IMG/VR virus record: IMGVR_UViG_3300046167_000912
Source: an uncultured virus (IMG/VR IMGVR_UViG_3300046167_000912)
Lineage: Duplodnaviria > Heunggongvirae > Uroviricota > Caudoviricetes
Length of the DNA stretch: 64,000 nt
Reading direction: 5' to 3' (one strand)
Shown here: piece after piece, positions 57,449 to 64,000 of the stretch
How positions within the stretch are numbered: the stretch's first letter is position 1
Layout of the letters: each line of letters begins with the position of its first letter
Notes under the pieces: generated by a model
Seen by the model: the letters and a program-made list of their open reading frames with translations, nothing else
The model's database searches: none
Told to the model about the DNA's origin: nothing
Program-made: the position numbers and the translations under genes

Positions 57449-60400
57449 GTAACAGCTTTAGCATAACTAGACCCGACGGGGTATCTTCTTCTACAGACCT
57501 CACCTACTCTGTCTCCGATGAAGAGATCAAGATCTATGGGAGAATTGAAGGATATACCTCAATTGAGGTGGGGTATGAGTCTCTTACTTTCACCTCCGTT
57601 GGTGCGGGAGCAGATATCACGATCAACCCTGATGGCACTTGGGTATTCCCCAACTCAAACGAAGGTCTAGATCTTGTTCAAGGATCAAATACCTTCGTTT
57701 TCTCTGCCACCGACGCGGCGGGCAACGGGGTTAAAGTTTCTGCTGTCGTGGTACTCCCGCGAGACACATTAGGTAACCCTCCAGCTCCTCCTACAGATAT
57801 CAAAGCAGAGAGATCACAAGACAGCGTCACACTCTCTTGGTTGCACTCAGACTCGAATGTTAAATACTACAACATCTACGCCTCGACTACCTCTGGGGGC
57901 GGAGCTAATGGTTATGTCAGGGTGAACGCCATACCCTTAGACTCAATCTCCTATGGCAGATCCGAGGAGAGGATCACTCAACTTTCGGAGATCTCTTCGG
58001 ACCTCTTGACCATAGATGCAGACCCGCTCATTGTAGAGATTCAAAGTGTGCAGGGCGAGACGCAAACTACCACCTTGGGAACAACAGAAATACCTGAAAA
58101 CGTGAGCAGGCTCAGGATCAACAGCACCATCAGTTCCTCTAGCTTGGAGACGAGGGTCTATTTCGAGCACGGCAGGTTAAACAACCTGTCTTCAACACCT
58201 CCTACGATACCAATAGGGTCTTTCAACACAATCCCAACCCGCGACCCTCTTTATTATGTAGTAACTGCGGTTAGCTTCATAGAAGGTCAGGAGCTCGAAT
58301 CCGTATTCGGTGTTGAAGTGTCTGGAAGCCCTATAGACATTAAAGAAGCCAATACAGGACTGCCCGTAACATCCGATGAAGAACTGACAGAAGAGCTTCT
58401 AACTTCAATATTTGACGCGGACCCTGACGCCAGCGTCCAAGCAGGTTCTGTAATACGAGACCTGTTTGTAGACCCTCTCGTCTCAGAGGTCAGCCGAACT
58501 AGATTTGTCCTTGATTTCACTTATCGAGCGACTAACTTCATAAGCCTACTAGGTATTGATGATCCTCTCAATTCAGGGGGGTCTATTCCAGTTGCCTCTT
58601 CTAGCTATAAGCAAACACTGAAGGACGCTCTCTTCCTCGACACAGACACCCAAGTTCAGAACTTGATAGACCAAGCCTTCCAAAGGTTGGCTCAGAACTT
58701 AGGTGTCACAAGAAGAGAAGGTTCTAAAGCAAGAGGGGAGGTGGTGTTCTTCACTACAAGTGCTCCCACCTTTGATTTAGACATCCCCCAAGGATTGATC
58801 CTTTCTAGTGGCGATGTTCAGTTTAGAACGGCGAGGTCAGCAAGCATACTCTCAAGCTCTGCAAGCAACTATTATAACCCTCTAACTAAGAGATATGAGG
58901 TCTCCGTTACCATCGAAGCTCAAGATCCAAGCTCTAGTGGCAACCTGACATCAGGTAAAATCACGCAGGGTGCTCCGTTAGGGTTAAGAGTCACGAACAC
59001 AGCTCCCACTTTTGGAGGGCAAGACCGAGAATCTAATAGGAAAATGGTCTCTAGGGCTTTATCTTATGTCTCCTCCGTAGACAATGGTACAAAGGCGGGG
59101 TACGAGAGAATATCGAGAGAGTCTGCTGGCGTAGAGAGCTACTCTGTTATTGGAGCAGGAGATCCTTATATGGTTCGAGATGAAGGTCTAGGGGGCAAGG
59201 TGGACATCTGGGTCAGAGGCGAGGTGTTGAATGAGGTGACCGATGTGTACGCACCCTCTTATCAAGCTACGCGAGGAGCTAAGTTTGTTCCGCTCTACGC
59301 TGAAGGAGCTTACGCCTTTCAAGCTACGACTGCAACAGGTGAAGACCCTCTCTATAGCATGATTGACAGAACAGGGAAGTTTGGGCTTCGGAATCAGACT
59401 TCGGGGGAGTTCTTTGACTTAACTAATGCGACTATTTCAGAAGGTAAGATCCTTACCTTAGACACTACCTTGAGCCAGCCTTCTTACCGTTTCACAGATA
59501 ATATACTCGGCGACTATAGGACTGATGTGACGAACAAGGTAATCTTAGACCGACAGCCTGTCAGGAGCGTCTCCTCTGTAGTCAAAGCAGATGGGGTTGC
59601 TATCTCATCTTACACGCTATATAAGAGTGAAGACCCTCTAAGGAATGGGCGATCTCCCTCTGCCCAAGACTATATTGTCATTGACAATGATGGTTCGTCT
59701 AAGATTTTAGATGTCACCGAAGAAGAGATTACATTCAACGCCCTATACCCCGAGTCTCTCTCCAATAGAGGTGTAGATATCACATCGGTTAGGGTATATA
59801 ATCAGACCTCTCTGCAAGACTATTCAAGTCAACTCACCGACTCATCTCCCGACTACAATATCTATACGGATGAGAACAACCTTGCGTACATACAAAGAAC
59901 CAGCTCATCAACCATCGGAAATACCGAAACGGTCTTGGTTGACTACGAGCATCTTGAAAACATTGTCGTCAGCTATAGTACAAACCTTGTACTTTCCACA
60001 CTGCAGGCTAAAATCGAGCAAGAAAAGCACATGGGGGCAGATGTTCTTGTTAAAGAAATCTCTCCCGCACCTGTGGATGTCAAAGCCCTTGTCTATATTG
60101 AGAAGGGGTCGAACCCAGCCAACATAGATGCTCTTGTGAGATCAAATCTCATTATCAGAATTGAAGCCGAAGGGCAAGGGGGCAGGATTTACTCCTCAGA
60201 CTTAATTAAAGAGATAGATTCTGTCGTGGGAGTTAGTCATGTTAGCGTCCCCTTATCTCAGGTGAGCCTCTCCCCAGATACTCTTATCTTGAGAGAGAAG
60301 GTTTTAACAACAGCCCCTACGGTTATCTCAGAGGTTGTTTCTTCGAGCCATCAAGTGTGGTCATGTGACATTCCCTTAAAGCAGATCCCCGCAACGGCGG

Positions 60401-60738
60401 GTGGTGATGGAGCGAGACTCTTCCTTAACAAAGAAGAATTCCCACTACTCAATGAGAGTCAGCGTCAAAATGCAGAGAGCTGGAATTACACATCAGGAAG
60501 CATTGTAGGGGTAGAGGGCTTCAAATTGAACCTTAATGGTGTGGTTCAAGATATCGAGGGGCAGACTCAGAGACTTCTAGTCTCCCTCCCGAAAGGCAAA
60601 CACCCATCTAACTATACGATTGAACTCAATTACAGAACAGGTGCGGCAGAAGGCTATGTTAGTTCGATTGTGTTGAACGACTTTTCATATCTGACAAGCG
60701 GGGACTTCAGCTTCACCTACGAGGAGACTGAAGGATGA
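57445..60738 (+). CDS. Baseplate J/gp6-like protein with N-terminal Ig/FN3 domains
   Basis: GSVIRDL, LAQNLGVTRR..ARGEVVF, GNLTSGKI, FGGQDRES, GTKAGY, GKVDIWV; FN3 PPAPPT...LSW...YNIY. Confidence 0.88.
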   Translation: MSNSFSITRPDGVSSSTDLTYSVSDEEIKIYGRIEGYTSIEVGYESLTFTSVGAGADITINPDGTWVFPNSNEGLDLVQGSNTFVFSATDAAGNGVKVSAVVVLPRDTLGNPPAPPTDIKAERSQDSVTLSWLHSDSNVKYYNIYASTTSGGGANGYVRVNAIPLDSISYGRSEERITQLSEISSDLLTIDADPLIVEIQSVQGETQTTTLGTTEIPENVSRLRINSTISSSSLETRVYFEHGRLNNLSSTPPTIPIGSFNTIPTRDPLYYVVTAVSFIEGQELESVFGVEVSGSPIDIKEANTGLPVTSDEELTEELLTSIFDADPDASVQAGSVIRDLFVDPLVSEVSRTRFVLDFTYRATNFISLLGIDDPLNSGGSIPVASSSYKQTLKDALFLDTDTQVQNLIDQAFQRLAQNLGVTRREGSKARGEVVFFTTSAPTFDLDIPQGLILSSGDVQFRTARSASILSSSASNYYNPLTKRYEVSVTIEAQDPSSSGNLTSGKITQGAPLGLRVTNTAPTFGGQDRESNRKMVSRALSYVSSVDNGTKAGYERISRESAGVESYSVIGAGDPYMVRDEGLGGKVDIWVRGEVLNEVTDVYAPSYQATRGAKFVPLYAEGAYAFQATTATGEDPLYSMIDRTGKFGLRNQTSGEFFDLTNATISEGKILTLDTTLSQPSYRFTDNILGDYRTDVTNKVILDRQPVRSVSSVVKADGVAISSYTLYKSEDPLRNGRSPSAQDYIVIDNDGSSKILDVTEEEITFNALYPESLSNRGVDITSVRVYNQTSLQDYSSQLTDSSPDYNIYTDENNLAYIQRTSSSTIGNTETVLVDYEHLENIVVSYSTNLVLSTLQAKIEQEKHMGADVLVKEISPAPVDVKALVYIEKGSNPANIDALVRSNLIIRIEAEGQGGRIYSSDLIKEIDSVVGVSHVSVPLSQVSLSPDTLILREKVLTTAPTVISEVVSSSHQVWSCDIPLKQIPATAGGDGARLFLNKEEFPLLNESQRQNAESWNYTSGSIVGVEGFKLNLNGVVQDIEGQTQRLLVSLPKGKHPSNYTIELNYRTGAAEGYVSSIVLNDFSYLTSGDFSFTYEETEG

Positions 60739-63700
60739 TTTTTGATTACGACCCCAGAGATATTAAAGGGGGTGTCAATTCAGAGTCTGCATCTTACAGG
60801 CTATTGAAAGACATCCTTGTAGAGCAAATCGTCAACTCTCTAAGCACAGGAACCGCTTCAAACTACATTACTAGGTCTTATGGGTCTAATCACAGAATCC
60901 TGTATGAAGGAGCGGCGAGGCTCTTTGCAGAGATCATACTAAAGTCGGCAGACAATATCGAAGACGTAGAGTACTCTCAGCTCCGTGCCGAATATATCTC
61001 TACGAGACTTCTTTACTCGGTCTTTCCTCGCGAAGACTCGATACCAGAGGGGGATAACGTGGAGGATGTCATACGCATCCTCTTACAGACATATGAATCT
61101 TTGCTTGCAGGAGCTACAAAGAAGAGTATAGATCAGACCCTCGAAGCAATAGCCTCAAACGCTGTCGTGTTCTCTGAGGTACAGGACTACATCCTTAATG
61201 TTAATACGTCCATCTTGGCTACGACTGAGACTAACACAGACGGAATAGTTGGAACTCACAGACACTATGCTTTCGCCAAGCCAACAGGGTATGGGGCAAC
61301 AAACAAGCCCATAGGATACCGCTGGGGGGACCTCCTACACCACCATGAGATTCTCGACGGCGTTGTGCAACCTCATATAGATGAAGATGGGGTTTCCCAC
61401 ACCCACGAAATATATTTCGGTCTGCCTGAAAACACACTCCAACTACAGAGCAACTTGTTAAAAACCCTGAGTGTCTTGAAGCCCGCCCACTTGAGAATAG
61501 GGGGCGTATCTTCCGTAATCTCGGAACGAGATAGAATCTCACCCAATGCAAACGATGTTATAGACGGCCTAGACTCAATCAGTCTTGGTCTAGGCTCTCT
61601 CTATCAAGAGGACTTAAGAAGAGCTCGGGTAGGTGTGCCTGAAGATGAGATATTCGGTTACGCCGAAGGTAATCAAATAAGATTCTGGAAGCACGACATA
61701 AGCATCGCAGATAACCTGTGTGCAGTGTGGGAAGACATAGACCCTAACACCTTGCAGAAGACGGTGTACTCTCAGAAACTGAGAGCAATCGACACTCAAG
61801 ACGAGATACCCAACGACCAAGTCGATTTCTCAACAGGGGACACTTTAACCTTTATTCGTGAAGTAGGTACACAATCAGCCTTCGCTACTGACGTGAGACT
61901 AAAGGGGGGAGCTATGCTGCCACCCGAGGCTGGCGAAGTCGGGTCTTTCAATTCTGTTTTTGCAAATGACGGAGAGCCACTCCTGTATAGCAGAGAGGGT
62001 AAAGTGTATTACCCTTCCTTGTTAGGCTATGAGGGGGATGCCGTAAATCCACCCCTGAAACCTTATGGGTACAGAGTCTCTCTCTCCGCCTCCGTGGTCA
62101 CAGTAGACTCTCAAGTGTTGAAACAAGGACTTGTTAAGTTTCGACTTACCTCAAACCCTTGGACTACCCGTCGAGAGATCTCCTACTTCACAGAATCTTT
62201 TGAAGCTATAGGTAACAATGCTGACGTACTAGACTTGCCTTCGAACTTCCAAAAGAAAGTTCTCAAGACTCACTCTGGTGTCCCTATCATTTCTTCCGAT
62301 TTCATACTCAAAGTGAACGGGGTCGTATTAGAGGACTTCTTCTTGGATGTGGGGAAGAACAAGATAAGCTCCACAGGTGCCTTCGCTCGGGGTGATGACA
62401 TCGAGATAACATACCCCAAAGCGAGTTCTGAAGTTAGGCTATTTCGAGAGTTGAACAACCTTGAAATAACCCTCAACGCCACAAGACCTGTGCGGAGTGT
62501 GAGTCTGTCTGGCAGGGGAGGTGACAGTCAAAGAGTCATTTCCACCACGCCACCCCTTTCTTATGTCTTAAACTCCGTTGCAGGCGTATTACCCCTGACC
62601 CAATCAGAGAAGACATCTACATATTCTGTTCAGAACTCTGACATCCTCAACACACGCAACCAAAATCTGAATAGTACGTTTACCTTGAACAGAGGGTCTC
62701 TGAATCAAAACTTATCTCAAGATCAAGTTTACGCCCCCGCAACAAAAACTTTAACCGCCACCAAGAGCGAGATCTTCTTCACTCAGCTAGGGTTCATCCC
62801 TTCTTTCGTCTATTCTGTAGTAGATCAGAATGCAATCAGTTACACCTTTAAGGTCACTCAAACTAGCCTCATCTTAGACGGTTACACAAGCCCCGTGACT
62901 TTAACTATATCTGCCGTCTCCTCGATGCCCCTTAATCTTGAGCAAGATTGGTTTAAAGGAGAGAGGCTAGCTGAGGGGCAAGCCTTTCTCGCTAAGAAAA
63001 GTACATTAGGTCTCCCCGACCTTCTGGAAGATCGCCCGCAGGATATTATTCAAAACCCACTAGGGATAGACCGAGACCGCAACATTATAGCTAATCGAGT
63101 AGTCAAGGAGCTAGGGCATCGAGGAGAGTACGCCTTTTATGAGGACGAGGTCGCGAGTTACAATCTTAACGGGTCTTCGGGGTTCTTAAATGACCTCAAC
63201 ATCATGTCTTACAAAGACGAGATGCTTCATCAAGACCCCTCCCTATATATCTTAGGCCCTAGAACCGAAACAGAGACCTCAACGGTAAACACGATCCCAA
63301 CCTACCTGTTCTTTAACTATTTATTCCTTAACACTTTTGGAGGAGACAGCCACTACTTCTCTATTTACAGGGTTGGACTTGACGGCGTTAAGTATTACCA
63401 GACTATCACGCCGAGGGCTGACTCTAATGGTTTCTCTGCTGTTGAAGAATACCCAAACCTGCCTGCCCCCAACGGAGCACCTCTAGCCTACCGATTTGTA
63501 GATGATGGGTCTGGTGGAGGTTTCAATCTCAACTACTCGAACGGGGATCTTGCAGACAACTTTTTGGCCGAGGTTAATGCTTCATTCAACCACATACCAA
63601 ATCAGACGTACTTCATAGAGCTATTCATGGAAGAGGATGGAGGAGGGGCAGACTCCTTGTTCTTTTTCTCAAGTGGGTCAGACGCCTCGATTGTGTTAGG

Positions 63701-64000
63701 GGCATCTTGGGATACCTCCAATGAAACCTACAGGTTAGATGATGCTTTTGGTGGCGGGCTAGGTGTGACCTATTATTATGAGGTCTTGTTCGCAACCAAT
63801 CCAGGTGAGGTCGTTTCTTTTGATATCACATTAGACGAATTTCCTGCATACCCCAAAGACCCTGAGAATATCGGTCTTACTCATGATATCCTAGAGGTCG
63901 CCTATTACGCAGAGGATGTCTTCCCTACCCCGACATTAGGGTTTGATTCTAACGTTAACTTCATGCCCTCCAGCCCTGACGGAAGCACCCCTTATTTCCG
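60735..64000 (+). CDS. Large baseplate wedge/tail protein (3' end runs off window)
   Basis: Not in ORF track. ATG 60735 overlaps the J stop; MIFDYDPRD...LLAGATKKSI...LKPAH; frame open at spot checks up to 64000. Confidence 0.8.
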   Translation, partial: MIFDYDPRDIKGGVNSESASYRLLKDILVEQIVNSLSTGTASNYITRSYGSNHRILYEGAARLFAEIILKSADNIEDVEYSQLRAEYISTRLLYSVFPREDSIPEGDNVEDVIRILLQTYESLLAGATKKSIDQTLEAIASNAVVFSEVQDYILNVNTSILATTETNTDGIVGTHRHYAFAKPTGYGATNKPIGYRWGDLLHHHEILDGVVQPHIDEDGVSHTHEIYFGLPENTLQLQSNLLKTLSVLKPAHLRIGGVSSVISERDRISPNANDVIDGLDSISLGLGSLYQEDLRRARVGVPEDEIFGYAEGNQIRFWKHDISIADNLCAVWEDIDPNTLQKTVYSQKLRAIDTQDEIPNDQVDFSTGDTLTFIREVGTQSAFATDVRLKGGAMLPPEAGEVGSFNSVFANDGEPLLYSREGKVYYPSLLGYEGDAVNPPLKPYGYRVSLSASVVTVDSQVLKQGLVKFRLTSNPWTTRREISYFTESFEAIGNNADVLDLPSNFQKKVLKTHSGVPIISSDFILKVNGVVLEDFFLDVGKNKISSTGAFARGDDIEITYPKASSEVRLFRELNNLEITLNATRPVRSVSLSGRGGDSQRVISTTPPLSYVLNSVAGVLPLTQSEKTSTYSVQNSDILNTRNQNLNSTFTLNRGSLNQNLSQDQVYAPATKTLTATKSEIFFTQLGFIPSFVYSVVDQNAISYTFKVTQTSLILDGYTSPVTLTISAVSSMPLNLEQDWFKGERLAEGQAFLAKKSTLGLPDLLEDRPQDIIQNPLGIDRDRNIIANRVVKELGHRGEYAFYEDEVASYNLNGSSGFLNDLNIMSYKDEMLHQDPSLYILGPRTETETSTVNTIPTYLFFNYLFLNTFGGDSHYFSIYRVGLDGVKYYQTITPRADSNGFSAVEEYPNLPAPNGAPLAYRFVDDGSGGGFNLNYSNGDLADNFLAEVNASFNHIPNQTYFIELFMEEDGGGADSLFFFSSGSDASIVLGASWDTSNETYRLDDAFGGGLGVTYYYEVLFATNPGEVVSFDITLDEFPAYPKDPENIGLTHDILEVAYYAEDVFPTPTLGFDSNVNFMPSSPDGSTPYF

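Overview
The window looks like 64 kb of a large contractile-tailed (myovirus-type, probably jumbo) bacteriophage genome read in the standard code. It is gene-dense and mostly hypothetical. Recognisable genes: a gp25-like / baseplate-J-like / wedge-like trio at the right end, a 2983-aa putative virion protein, a neck-like protein, a MoxR/CobS-like AAA+ ATPase divergent from a split CobT-like (HExxH + vWA) partner, a fused Type IIG-like nuclease-methyltransferase, a thermonuclease, an Hc1-like protein, two GNAT-like paralogs, an Ntn-hydrolase/GGCT-fold fusion and a family of pentapeptide-repeat genes. I found no tRNA, rRNA, CRISPR array, integrase or reverse transcriptase. The most striking unexplained structure is a dispersed tagged-cargo architecture. 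About 20 otherwise unrelated ORFs carry a short shared N-terminal tag (MRQLTASQKIA.LENR.A.LEK.A and variants) or C-terminal tag (RRASQ.RVASQM...EIR.LKRDL) bounded by K/R-x-A(S) motifs. Many of them, or their operons, follow a conserved TA-N5-TYTAT promoter-like motif coupled to a hairpin that occludes the Shine-Dalgarno. This suggests late-made, capsid-packaged, protease-matured proteins delivered with the DNA (inference). Also notable: sharp divergent G/T strand-skew zones flanking 6.9-15.9 kb, and several pseudogenes and small ORFs missed by the ORF track. All family calls come from motif recognition by eye, not database searches.
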